Part shown: positions 14,108 through 23,086 of the stretch, in pieces
Layout of the letters: each line of letters starts with the position of its first letter
Numbering within the stretch: the first letter of the stretch is position 1
Origin: a virus
Length of the DNA: 31,948 bases
Direction: 5' to 3' (one strand)
IMG/VR virus record: IMGVR_UViG_3300045988_134552
Span: 1-31,948 of that record
The notes under the pieces: model-generated
The model's input: the letters and a program-made list of their open reading frames with translations, nothing else
Told to the model about the DNA's origin: nothing
Database searches by the model: none
Made by a program: the position numbers and the translations under genes

Positions 14108-14554
14108 GTGGATGCCAAGGAATACTTCGAGAGCATCCGTGACGAGGTGGCTAGCATCGACCATGCCAAGGAGATGCTAGCCCGCCTTAAGGCTCGCGAG
14201 GGAGCCAAGGCGCAGAGCTACAGCGCAGGCGGCGGCGGTGGTGGCTCAGACCCTATGGATGCAATCAACAGCCGCATTGACTTTGAGGGAAGGCTGGAAA
14301 GGAGGATCGCGGATAGCCAAGCCGAGGTAGACGAAGCGTGCGTGCTGCTCTACGGTGCTGACAATCGCGGCGGCTTGGCTAAGCTCAAGGGCAACCGCTA
14401 CGCCGACGCACTGTGCATGGCTTATCTCCAATCGATGCAATGGGACGAGATAGCCGATGTGATGCAGTGCTCGCGCCAATGGTGCAGGGAGCTTTGCAAC
14501 ACTGGGTTCCGCTATATCGACGAGGTTGGCTTTGCTGCGCTCAAAAATATTTGA
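14108..14554 (+). CDS. Putative ArpU/RinA-like late-gene transcriptional activator (sigma region-4-like HTH).
   Basis: ~148 aa. C-terminal ...ADALCMAYLQSMQWDEIADVMQCSRQWCRELCNTGFRYI resembles a sigma-70 region 4 HTH. Position just upstream of HNH and terminase is typical. GTG start with a weak RBS. Confidence 0.4.
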   Translation: MDAKEYFESIRDEVASIDHAKEMLARLKAREGAKAQSYSAGGGGGGSDPMDAINSRIDFEGRLERRIADSQAEVDEACVLLYGADNRGGLAKLKGNRYADALCMAYLQSMQWDEIADVMQCSRQWCRELCNTGFRYIDEVGFAALKNI

Positions 14555-14616
14555 GATTGGTACTTGTCATCACTTTTCGGTTTGCGTTATATTTCGGTAC
14601 GGTGGATTATCAGAAA

Positions 14617-14648
14617 GGGACACGGCCTTGGGTCGCGTCCCTTTTTTG
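14617..14648 (+). terminator. Intrinsic terminator-like hairpin + T6 between the early/middle genes and the packaging operon.
   Basis: GGGACACGGCC ttg GGTCGCGTCCC (11-bp stem, 2 mismatches) followed by TTTTTTGTT. Confidence 0.45.
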
Positions 14649-14662
14649 TTGGAGGTCGCGCA

Positions 14663-14992
14663 ATGGCTAAGGGCTTCTCATACCGCTTCTACCATTCGCG
14701 CGATTGGGAACGGGCGCGAGAGCTTGCATTGCAGCGCGACGCCTATCTTTGCCAGCACTGCCTTAAGGCTGGCATCGCAACACCGGCAACGATGGTGCAT
14801 CACATCATCGAGCTAACACCATCGAACATCAGCGATCCGAACATAGCGACCGACACTCGCAACCTTGTAAGCCTGTGCGACCTTTGTCACAAGAAGGTGC
14901 ACGGCTGGGCAAGGCAGGGCAGCACAAGGCAAGGGCTGCGCTTTGACGAGGACGGCAACTTGATTTCGCTGACAGACGAAAACACAGACTGA
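14663..14992 (+). CDS. HNH endonuclease (packaging-associated).
   Basis: CQHC...HHI....N..SLC..CHKKVH motif; GGAGG RBS. Position immediately upstream of the terminase genes. Confidence 0.8.
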   Translation: MAKGFSYRFYHSRDWERARELALQRDAYLCQHCLKAGIATPATMVHHIIELTPSNISDPNIATDTRNLVSLCDLCHKKVHGWARQGSTRQGLRFDEDGNLISLTDENTD

Positions 14993-15146
14993 GCACAAGC
15001 GCACAGTCAAACAAAACGACAGACAAAACAGCAGGTCACAGCTTCGAGCTATCCCCCCCGGTCTAAAATCAAGGCACCCAGCATAGGGCACCAACGCCGG
15101 AAGATAGAAATTTGCGTGTGACGGGTTTCAGAACGGGGGTGGTCTT
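14993..15146. other. Candidate cos/pac region between HNH and terminase small subunit (contains a C7 tract, CTATCCCCCCCGG).
   Basis: Location only: HNH + P27-type terminase phages usually carry cos near this position. No direct sequence proof. Confidence 0.2.
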
Positions 15147-15575
15147 GTGGGAAGGCGAAAAGTGTGCGAAAGTATCGACCTTTTGCCGAAAGCCACGGAA
15201 AGTCCCCCGAAGAAGCGCACCGCTTCCATCGAGAGCCGATACCAAAGCGAGCTGAAAAAGCTCCAGCGGCTCACGAAGGGAGCGATACCAGACGAGAAGC
15301 GAAGCGCCGTGCTTCCGCTGATGTCAAACATCGCGTTTTTGAAGTGCAAGCTTGACGAAGCCCGCCGCGAGCTGATGTACGAGAGCATATTCACCGAATA
15401 CGACAACGGCGGCGGTCAATCCGGTCTGCGCGAGCATCCGGGATTCAGCGCCTACAACAAGTTGTTCACAACGTTCTCGCGCGGCATCAAGCAGCTCACC
15501 GACATGATGCCGTCCGGCAGCACCGCAGGCGATGCGCTCATTGACTACCTCAATGAAACGCGCTTCGGCGGCTAA
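15147..15575 (+). CDS. Terminase small subunit (P27 family-like).
   Basis: Size, position and the ...AVLPLMSNIAFLKCKLDEARREL...FTEYDNGGGQSGLREHPGFSAYNKLF pattern. Start codon uncertain (GTG 15147). Confidence 0.55.
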   Translation: MGRRKVCESIDLLPKATESPPKKRTASIESRYQSELKKLQRLTKGAIPDEKRSAVLPLMSNIAFLKCKLDEARRELMYESIFTEYDNGGGQSGLREHPGFSAYNKLFTTFSRGIKQLTDMMPSGSTAGDALIDYLNETRFGG

Positions 15576-17292
15576 GAAGCGAAGCGGCACTGGTCGCTGC
15601 GAGCAGGCGATACGAAGCTACTTCGGTGGCATCCTCAACGGTGAGATCACTGCTTGCGAGAAGATGCATCAGCTCGCGGAGCGCGTGCTGCGCGACCTGG
15701 ATAACACCGATCCGCTCTATCCGTACCATTACCGCGAAGAGTTCGCGGCGAAGCACGTCACCTTCATCGAGACGTTTTGCCGACTTCCGAGTGGAAAGCT
15801 TGGACGCAAGTTCAAGCTTGAGCTTTTCCAGTTGGCCATCCTCTCCGTAATCTTCGGTTTCGTGGATGCCGAGGGCTTACGCCAATACCGCGAAGTCCTT
15901 TGGATTATGGGGCGAAAGAACGGCAAGACCGCGCTTGCGTCGGCTATCGAGCTTGACTTGCTCATTAACGATGACGAGGGTGCGCCGGAAGTCTACAACG
16001 TTGCTACGGCTCACGATCAGGCGGCGAAGGGCTTTAATAACGCTTGGCGAATGGTGATGACATCGCCGGCGCTGGCAAAGCACGTGCGGAAACGCGTGAG
16101 CGACCTTTACTGCGGACTCAATATGGGGTCAATCAAGGCGCTTTCCGCCAACACGAATCACCTTGACGGCTTGGACATCTCAGGCGCTATCGTTGACGAG
16201 CTTGCAGCCATGCGAAACCGCGACCTCTACGACTTGACGATTCAGGGCATTTCCGCCCGTAGGCAACCGCTGGTTTTGGAGATCACGACCAACGGATTCG
16301 TGCGCGGCGGCATTTTCGATGCTCAGTACGAATACGCCACCAAATGGCTGAACGGCGAAGCATCTGGCGAAAAAGCCGAGCATTTCATCGCTTTCATTTT
16401 CGAGCTTGACGAGCGCGAGGAATGGAAAGACGAAGGCTGTTGGATCAAGGCGAATCCGGGTCTTGGAACCATCAAGTCAATCAACGCATTGCGACAAAAC
16501 GTCTCGAAGGCGAAAGACGACCCGACATTTTTGCCGACGTTGCTTGTAAAGGATTTCAACCTCATTGAAAACCAGTCGCAAGCATGGCTCACGTGGTCTG
16601 AAATCCATAACGAGAAAACTTTCGACCCGTCTGACGGGTCGTTTTCTTACGCGGTACTCGGTGTTGACGCTTCGGACACGACCGACCTGACCGCCGCGTG
16701 CCTGCTGATGATGCGCCCGAACGACGAGCATATATACGCAATGCACATGGCATGGATTCCGCTACGCGCTTTGGAGCAGGCAGAAGCCGAGGGGCGGCGC
16801 GGTGGTCGAGACGGCGTGCCATACGATGCCTGGATTGCCCGCGGGCTGCTCAGAACCTCGGCAACGCCGATCATCGACAAGCGCGACGTTCTGGATTGGG
16901 TCACTGAGGTTCAGGAGAAGTACGGAATCTATTCGGTTGCATGCGGATACGACCCTTGGCACATGCGAGACGTACCGACCGTCGAAGCCTACGAGGGATA
17001 TTTCGGAGCCGACAACTTCAAGAAGGTCATTCAAGGCGCTCAAACGCTGTCGATGCCGATGAAGGAGCTTCGCGCCCTCTACAAGGAAAACCGCATCGTG
17101 GACAACCAGAATCCAATTGCGGAATGGTGCCGCTCCAACGTGATGATCCGCAACGACGCGAACGGCAACATCGCGCCCGACAAGAAAAACCAAGACCCGC
17201 GCAACCGCATCGACGCTTGGGCGGCTGAGTGCGACGCGTTCGTGGTGCTCAAAGACATGATGGACGATTACCAAAGCATGATTGGAGGTTAA
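15553..17292 (+). CDS. Terminase large subunit (Terminase_1 family).
   Basis: Walker A-like GRKNGKT; ...LELFQLAILSVIFGF... Length and position fit. ATG 15553 overlaps the small-subunit 3' end. Confidence 0.85.
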   Translation: MKRASAAKKRSGTGRCEQAIRSYFGGILNGEITACEKMHQLAERVLRDLDNTDPLYPYHYREEFAAKHVTFIETFCRLPSGKLGRKFKLELFQLAILSVIFGFVDAEGLRQYREVLWIMGRKNGKTALASAIELDLLINDDEGAPEVYNVATAHDQAAKGFNNAWRMVMTSPALAKHVRKRVSDLYCGLNMGSIKALSANTNHLDGLDISGAIVDELAAMRNRDLYDLTIQGISARRQPLVLEITTNGFVRGGIFDAQYEYATKWLNGEASGEKAEHFIAFIFELDEREEWKDEGCWIKANPGLGTIKSINALRQNVSKAKDDPTFLPTLLVKDFNLIENQSQAWLTWSEIHNEKTFDPSDGSFSYAVLGVDASDTTDLTAACLLMMRPNDEHIYAMHMAWIPLRALEQAEAEGRRGGRDGVPYDAWIARGLLRTSATPIIDKRDVLDWVTEVQEKYGIYSVACGYDPWHMRDVPTVEAYEGYFGADNFKKVIQGAQTLSMPMKELRALYKENRIVDNQNPIAEWCRSNVMIRNDANGNIAPDKKNQDPRNRIDAWAAECDAFVVLKDMMDDYQSMIGG

Positions 17293-17295
17293 AAC

Positions 17296-18555
17296 GTGCG
17301 AAAACCAAAGCTTTTCCGCTCGATGTTCGATGCCGTGTTCCATAAGCCGATCATGCAGGCGGTCGATGGCTACTTCCAGACGTTCACGGCCTACGCGCCG
17401 CGCTTCACGTCGTGGAGCGGCGGCATCTATGAAGCCGAGCTTACACGCTCCATCATCGAGCGAAACGCCGACCACGCTTCAAAGCTGCGGCCTGAGATTT
17501 CGGGCACCGCGCAACCGCAATGGACGCGCTCTTTACAGTGGCAACCGAACCCGTGGATGACAACGCCGCAATTCCTGCACCGCATATCGACGATGCTTGA
17601 CGTTTGCGACACCTGCTTGATCGTCCCGGTCGATGGCGGGGACGGCATCACGTCCGTTGGCTACTATCCAGTGCTTCCGGGCCAGTGTGAAGCTTACGAC
17701 GTCGACGGCGCTTTGTGGCTTGAGCTTCGCTTCCCCGGCGGTGACAAGACCTTGATTGAGTGGTCGCGTATCGGCGTTATGACGCGGCACCAGTTTAGGA
17801 GCGACCTGTTCGGCGATGGAACCAACGTGCTCAATCCCACGCTTGATTTGATTCACGCTCAGGAAGAAGCCGAGAAAACGGCTATCGAGCAGGGCGCGGC
17901 GGTGCGCTTTATCGGCAAGCTTTCGCAAAACCGAAACCCTGAAGACAAGAAGAAATCCGCAGAAGCTTTCAATAAGCAGCTGGGGGCTTCTAACGCTGGC
18001 GGAATCGTCGTTTACGACAACAAATATCAAGAGGTCAAGCAGATCGCGCCGCAGAGCTACACGGTCGATGCCGCGCAAATGGAGCGCATTGAAAAAGCTG
18101 CCTATCGATTCTTCGGTAGCAATGAAGACGTCGTTATGAACAAGGCCGACGAGGACACGTACAACGCCTTTTACGAAGGTCGTACCGAGGTCTTCGCCAT
18201 CCAGCTTGGTTACGTGCTCACGGCGATGACGTTCACGCCTAACGAGATCGCCCACGGCAACTCGATTATGTTCAGCGCGAACCGCCTTGAGTTCGCGAGT
18301 AACCAGACGAAGCTCAGCGTATCCACGGCGCTGTTCGACCGTGGGATTTGGTGCGGCAATCAAGTTGCCGAGGTCTTCCAATCGCCGTCCTATCCGGGCG
18401 GCGAACGCCATGTTATCCGCGGCGAGTATATCGACCTCGATTTGATTAGCCAGCACACATCCGAACAGGCGGCTGCTGCCGCCCAGACCAACGCGAACAT
18501 CGCCGCAATCGACGGTAAGAAAGATGGTGGTGAAGATGCCAGCAAAACCGAATGA
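17296..18555 (+). CDS. Portal protein (HK97 family).
   Basis: GGAGG RBS and GTG start right after the terminase stop. Size (419 aa) and order fit (terminase, portal, protease, capsid). Confidence 0.75.
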   Translation: MRKPKLFRSMFDAVFHKPIMQAVDGYFQTFTAYAPRFTSWSGGIYEAELTRSIIERNADHASKLRPEISGTAQPQWTRSLQWQPNPWMTTPQFLHRISTMLDVCDTCLIVPVDGGDGITSVGYYPVLPGQCEAYDVDGALWLELRFPGGDKTLIEWSRIGVMTRHQFRSDLFGDGTNVLNPTLDLIHAQEEAEKTAIEQGAAVRFIGKLSQNRNPEDKKKSAEAFNKQLGASNAGGIVVYDNKYQEVKQIAPQSYTVDAAQMERIEKAAYRFFGSNEDVVMNKADEDTYNAFYEGRTEVFAIQLGYVLTAMTFTPNEIAHGNSIMFSANRLEFASNQTKLSVSTALFDRGIWCGNQVAEVFQSPSYPGGERHVIRGEYIDLDLISQHTSEQAAAAAQTNANIAAIDGKKDGGEDASKTE

Positions 18556-19177
18556 GCGCCAATACCGCGCCATGCCAGTCATGGTGCGTGCGCTTGGCGC
18601 TGATGACGGGAAACGCGAGAAGCGTTTCGATACCGAGTACTACGTCGAGGGATACGCTTCGACATTCAATGACCCTTACGTGCTTTTCGAGGACTACGAC
18701 GGAAACGAGTATCGCGAAATCATCGCGCCAACGGCTTTCGCCGATGCGGACATGAGCGACGTAATCATGCAGTTCGACCATTCCGGCAAGGTACTTGCGC
18801 GAATGAGCAACGGGACTTTGATTGTCGAGCCCGATGAACACGGGCTGTTCGTCGCTGCCGACCTGTCTGGTTCGCAGGCGGCACGCGACCTTTACGAAGA
18901 GATTACCAACGGCCTTGTCACCCGCATGTCATGGGCTTTCATGATCGCGGCTGACGAGTACGACCGCGAAACCCGTACAACGACTATCACCCGCGTTACG
19001 AAGGTCTACGACGTGAGCGCCGTGAGCCTGCCAGCAGACCCGAACACGGAGATTAGTGCAAGAAACCTGCTCGACGGAGTGATCGAGCAGTCGCGCAAGG
19101 AGCTTGCGCGCAGGAAGGGCGCGTTGCTTCGCGCCAAAGCATGTGTAGCAATCATCAACGCGAAGAAAGGCATGTAG
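18524..19177 (+). CDS. Prohead protease (HK97 family, S78).
   Basis: ...VEGYASTFNDPY...EIIAPTAFADA...MQFDHSG..LARMSNGTL.VE.DEHGLFVAADL... matches the HK97 prohead protease pattern. Start 18524 or 18536. Confidence 0.75.
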   Translation: MVVKMPAKPNERQYRAMPVMVRALGADDGKREKRFDTEYYVEGYASTFNDPYVLFEDYDGNEYREIIAPTAFADADMSDVIMQFDHSGKVLARMSNGTLIVEPDEHGLFVAADLSGSQAARDLYEEITNGLVTRMSWAFMIAADEYDRETRTTTITRVTKVYDVSAVSLPADPNTEISARNLLDGVIEQSRKELARRKGALLRAKACVAIINAKKGM

Positions 19178-19179
19178 CT

Positions 19180-20433
19180 ATGAATTTGCAGGAACTTATT
19201 GACGAGCTTCAAGCTCTTATCGACAAGTATGATGCCGATACCGATCCGACTGAAGAGGATGCGGCACGCATGGCCGAGCTGACCGACGAGATCAACCAGC
19301 GCCGTGCCGCTGGCGAGCAGGCGGCACAGACCCGCGCCGCAGCCGTCGCGAACGCCCGTGCCGCCATCGACGCAGGCCGCGCACAGCGCGTGGATTCCGT
19401 GCCGCTGGCGCGTTCCTCCAACGTCGCCGGCGCTTCCGGCGCTGTCTACGATGTGACCGACTATGACGCAGCCGAGCGCCGCGCGTGGGTCAAGGGTCTT
19501 GCCGAGCGTTCCGGCATCCAGCTTGTCGGCGGCACCGCGCTTACCGATGCCGAGCGTGCCGCCCAGCGACACGCAATCGAGCAGCGAGCAGAGTTCACCA
19601 TGACCACGGCCAACACCGAATCCCTCGTTCCCGTTGCCGTGCAGAACGAGATCATTTCCCTTATCGACAACACCGCCGTTCTCTTCGGTGACATCAGCCG
19701 AACGAACATGTCCGGTCAGGTCGAGTTCCCGCGTCACAAGTCTATTACCGCAGGCGACGCGGCCAAGACCAAAGAGGGCGAAGCGCCCACCGACGTCGAG
19801 CAGAATGATTTCGACAGCGTTCCGCTTGTGGGTGAGGAGATCAAGAAGACTGTCGAGATGTCCCGCAAGATGTCAACGCAGTCTCTTTCCGGCTTCGAGC
19901 AGTACATCATTACCGAGGTCTCCGCACGTCTTTCCGTCGCGTGCAACGCCTTTGCCCACGAGAAGCTTGGCGATGCCAAATACGGCATGGCGGCGGCGAA
20001 CAAGATTCAGACAGCAACGGCAAATAGCCTTACCAAGTCCGATATGGTTAAGATGCTCAGCCTGCTTCGCACCTACGGCAACGCGGCGGCTAAGGGAATC
20101 ATCATCTACGCCAACAACAGCACCATCTGGAATCAGATTGCCATGATCGAGGACACGACTGGCCGCTCTTACTTCGTCAATGAAGCGACCGATGACCCGA
20201 CCGTTCAGGGTCGCATCTTCGGAAAGGTGGTCAAGCAGGACGATTCCATTGCCGATGGCGTTATCAAGGCCGGCTTCCCCGACCTGTTCAAGGGCAACAT
20301 GTTTGATGGCCCTGACGTTACGCCTTACGTCCAGCCTCGCACCCAGAAGCGTTGCTTCGACGGTTACGTTCTGTTTGACGGCGTGCTTGCCGTGCCGGAA
20401 GCCTTCGCGCAGCTCACCATCAAGCAGTCTTAA
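19180..20433 (+). CDS. Major capsid protein (HK97 fold) with an N-terminal coiled-coil delta/scaffold domain.
   Basis: Position after the protease; 418 aa; Ala/Glu-rich helical N-terminus followed by a large beta-rich domain. Confidence 0.75.
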   Translation: MNLQELIDELQALIDKYDADTDPTEEDAARMAELTDEINQRRAAGEQAAQTRAAAVANARAAIDAGRAQRVDSVPLARSSNVAGASGAVYDVTDYDAAERRAWVKGLAERSGIQLVGGTALTDAERAAQRHAIEQRAEFTMTTANTESLVPVAVQNEIISLIDNTAVLFGDISRTNMSGQVEFPRHKSITAGDAAKTKEGEAPTDVEQNDFDSVPLVGEEIKKTVEMSRKMSTQSLSGFEQYIITEVSARLSVACNAFAHEKLGDAKYGMAAANKIQTATANSLTKSDMVKMLSLLRTYGNAAAKGIIIYANNSTIWNQIAMIEDTTGRSYFVNEATDDPTVQGRIFGKVVKQDDSIADGVIKAGFPDLFKGNMFDGPDVTPYVQPRTQKRCFDGYVLFDGVLAVPEAFAQLTIKQS

Positions 20434-20447
20434 GGAGGTGGCGCGGC

Positions 20448-20762
20448 ATGGCCGTAAAAGCTAAAGGGAATCTGCTGGATGCGTGCCGCGCCGCGCTTCG
20501 CATCCCTGATTTCGTCACAGACTATGACGAAGAGATCTCGGACGTTATTGAAGCAGCCCGCGCCGAGTTGGTGGCGGGCGGCGTGGCGGATGCCAAGGCG
20601 CACGATGATTCGGACGGCCGCGTTCGCCTTGCGATAAAGGTCTACGTCAAGGCCAACTTCGGCATGGACAATCCCGATTCCGAACGCTTCATGAAGTCGT
20701 TCGACGCCATGCTCACGAGCATGAGCGGCGATTCGGCGTACGGCGGCGGCGGCGCGTCATGA
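20448..20762 (+). CDS. Head-tail connector (gp6-like).
   Basis: AAGGAGGTG RBS; ~100 aa; LLDACRAALRI....DEEI..VIEAARAELV pattern. Confidence 0.6.
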   Translation: MAVKAKGNLLDACRAALRIPDFVTDYDEEISDVIEAARAELVAGGVADAKAHDDSDGRVRLAIKVYVKANFGMDNPDSERFMKSFDAMLTSMSGDSAYGGGGAS

Positions 20763-21067
20763 GCGGCTGGGCTGGCATCTGCACGCTGATCGCCACGGTA
20801 TCCGAGCGTGACGAGCTGGGGGTATCGCACAAGAAGGAGCGGTGCCGGCGTGTGCCGTGCAACGTCTACGGTATCAGCCAGGCGGCGTACTACGCCGCCG
20901 CGCAGGCGGGAGTTAAACCGCAGGCCGTCATCACGGTACGCGCGTGCGCCTATAGCGGCGAAAGGCTCTGCGAGTTCGGCGGTATCCGCTACGCCGTCGA
21001 TTCGGCGGTGGTGGCGAACGTCGATAACGTGCGCCTGACCCTTGTCGAGAAGGTGGGCAACCGGTGA
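20759..21067 (+). CDS. Head closure / head-tail adaptor protein.
   Basis: Overlapping ATG; size and position. Confidence 0.5.
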   Translation: MSGWAGICTLIATVSERDELGVSHKKERCRRVPCNVYGISQAAYYAAAQAGVKPQAVITVRACAYSGERLCEFGGIRYAVDSAVVANVDNVRLTLVEKVGNR

Positions 21068-21444
21068 GCGGGATAAAGATTGACCAACTCCAATCAATCA
21101 TCGTCAACAGCATCGAAGAGGTCATCGAAGATAACGAAGAAGTCTTGCAGGGAAACGTCAAGGCGGCTGGCAACAAGGCGGTTCGCCTTCTGAAAGAGCG
21201 AAGCCGGAAGAAGAAGCGGCACGGAGGAAGCTACGCAAAGGGCTGGTCTGCCGACGTTAAGACCGAAGCGACCGGCACGACCTGCGTTGTCCACAACAGG
21301 CAATATCAGCTTACCCATCTGCTCGAGAACGGCCACGCGATCAAAAACCAGTACGGCAGCTATCCCGGCAAGGTCGAAGGCGATCACGTAATCGAAGGCG
21401 TTTACAGGGAGGTCGCTGCCGAGTTCTCCAAGGGGGCGCAATGA
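21064..21444 (+). CDS. HK97 gp10-like tail component.
   Basis: Position and size; overlapping GTG start. Confidence 0.45.
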   Translation: MSGIKIDQLQSIIVNSIEEVIEDNEEVLQGNVKAAGNKAVRLLKERSRKKKRHGGSYAKGWSADVKTEATGTTCVVHNRQYQLTHLLENGHAIKNQYGSYPGKVEGDHVIEGVYREVAAEFSKGAQ

Positions 21445-21767
21445 ACAGCCTTAAAGATCTGGCGGAGCTGCTTGACTCGTTCGGCCTGCCGTGGGCTAAC
21501 GGGGGCTTCCGTGACGGAGAGTTTCCCGCGCCGCCGTATATCGACATCGAAGCCGGTTACGGCGAGGGCGTGAGCGCCGACAACGTTGGATGGTGCCGCT
21601 GGATGCCCTACGATGTGGCGCTTTACGTGCGAGAGCGCGACTACGGGCTTGAGGAGCGATTCGAAGCGGCGCTCGATGCCGCAGAGTTCAATTACAACAA
21701 GACGGTAACGCCGCTTGACGGTGACGATCTTATCGAAACTGCTTACGAAATCGACGTTACCGAATAA
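21441..21767 (+). CDS. Tail completion / terminator-like protein (hypothetical).
   Basis: ATGA overlap; position before the major tail protein. Confidence 0.4.
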   Translation: MNSLKDLAELLDSFGLPWANGGFRDGEFPAPPYIDIEAGYGEGVSADNVGWCRWMPYDVALYVRERDYGLEERFEAALDAAEFNYNKTVTPLDGDDLIETAYEIDVTE

Positions 21768-21781
21768 AGAAAGGAGCCGAC

Positions 21782-22372
21782 ATGGCACGAAATGGTTTCT
21801 TCGGCCTTAAGAACGTGCACATTGCGCGTTTTATAAACGAGGATACGTTCGAGTACGAGAAACCCGTTCATATCCCAGGCGCGGTCGAATTTAAGATGGA
21901 TCCTTCAATCGAGCAGGCTACGAGCTACGGCGATAACGAAACTTGGCTCGATAAGTATCAGGACAACGGCGGCTCTATCACTTGGTCGCTCTACGATATC
22001 GAGAGCACGCCGGAGCTGCGCGAGATTCTGGCCGACATCAACGGATTCGATATCGACGCGAAAGGACGTGTGCTTGCAACGTCCGGCAAGCCACCTAAGC
22101 CGTTCGCCTTCATGTGCGAGCAGCCCGGACACGCCGTCGGAAAGCGCCGCTGCATCTACAAGTGCACGAGCAAGCCCGCATCCGTCGATGCGAAGACGCT
22201 TGAGGAAAAGCCAGACATCACGCAGCTTGATTACAATCTTACGTTCCGTCCCGTCACGCTTCCGACCGGCTGGCGCGGAAGCTACATCGACACGTATAGC
22301 GACCTCGCGGATTACGATAAGTTCTTCGAGCAGGTTGATACCGCCGTCACGCCTAATACCGAGGGCGCGTAA
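21782..22372 (+). CDS. Major tail protein (phi13 family-like).
   Basis: AAAGGAG RBS. N-terminus ...FGLKNVHIA...Y.KPVHIPGAVEF is characteristic of the phi13 MTP family. Position before the chaperone and TMP. Confidence 0.7.
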   Translation: MARNGFFGLKNVHIARFINEDTFEYEKPVHIPGAVEFKMDPSIEQATSYGDNETWLDKYQDNGGSITWSLYDIESTPELREILADINGFDIDAKGRVLATSGKPPKPFAFMCEQPGHAVGKRRCIYKCTSKPASVDAKTLEEKPDITQLDYNLTFRPVTLPTGWRGSYIDTYSDLADYDKFFEQVDTAVTPNTEGA

Positions 22373-22818
22373 TGGACGGCGGGATCATCGAGGTCGGTGG
22401 AGTTAAGTACCCAGTTGCTTGCAACGCCTTTACACCTATCGCATACTCGCGTGAGTTTTACGTTGAGCGCAAGGACGGGAGCCGCCGCCCCAAGGACATC
22501 AACGAAGCCATTTCCGTTGTTCTTGATGTCTCGGCAGCGTCGAATATTCCGCCAATCGTGCCACTGCTTGAGATTTTCTACGCCTGCGCGAAGACGTACA
22601 ACGCCACAGCAAAGGAGAAGACAGATCTTGGCAAGTCCTTTGAGGATTGGGTTTGCAGCTTCCCGCAATCGGAATTCGACCTCGAGCGCGAAGGCGGTTG
22701 GGCATCTGACGTGATGCAGATCATCAAGGACAACTTTTTTCCGAACGCAAAAGCGGACGTGGAAGCCGCGCCCGCCGAAGCACCCGATGCCGCCGATGCC
22801 GACGGAGCTGGAGAGTAG
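22372..22818 (+). CDS. Tail assembly chaperone (gpG-like).
   Basis: Position between the MTP and TMP; acidic C-terminus; ATG overlaps the MTP stop. Confidence 0.6.
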   Translation: MDGGIIEVGGVKYPVACNAFTPIAYSREFYVERKDGSRRPKDINEAISVVLDVSAASNIPPIVPLLEIFYACAKTYNATAKEKTDLGKSFEDWVCSFPQSEFDLEREGGWASDVMQIIKDNFFPNAKADVEAAPAEAPDAADADGAGE

Positions 22819-23005
22819 CTGTGACGCGCTCTATATCTACTCCTGTCAGCAGGCGGGATTGAGCATCCAAGACCTGCATACACTGTCCTACGCGCAGGTT
22901 CAGAACCTTGTCGACGTGTACAGCTTCGTCAACGACGCTGTGGCATACGCCGAGGATGACGAGCAGGCGCGGCAGGGCGAAGCGGCCTTCTGGGCTGGCA
23001 TGTGA
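22715..23005 (+). other. Open +1 frame overlapping the chaperone 3' end; putative frameshift extension (gpGT-like) with a candidate slip site CTTTTTTCC at 22734-22742.
   Basis: The frame is open from 22715 to 23005 and reads as protein-like sequence (...DALYIYSCQQAGLSIQDLHTLSYAQVQNLVD...). Chaperone/extension architecture is conserved in siphoviruses. Here it would need a +1 shift (not the usual -1). Confidence 0.35.
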
Positions 23006-23086
23006 GCGTAAAGCGCCAGCGCACCTCTGCGGTGCGCTGTTCTGTGCGCTCATTTCTTTCATTGACAACTGAAAAGAGGTGGAACC

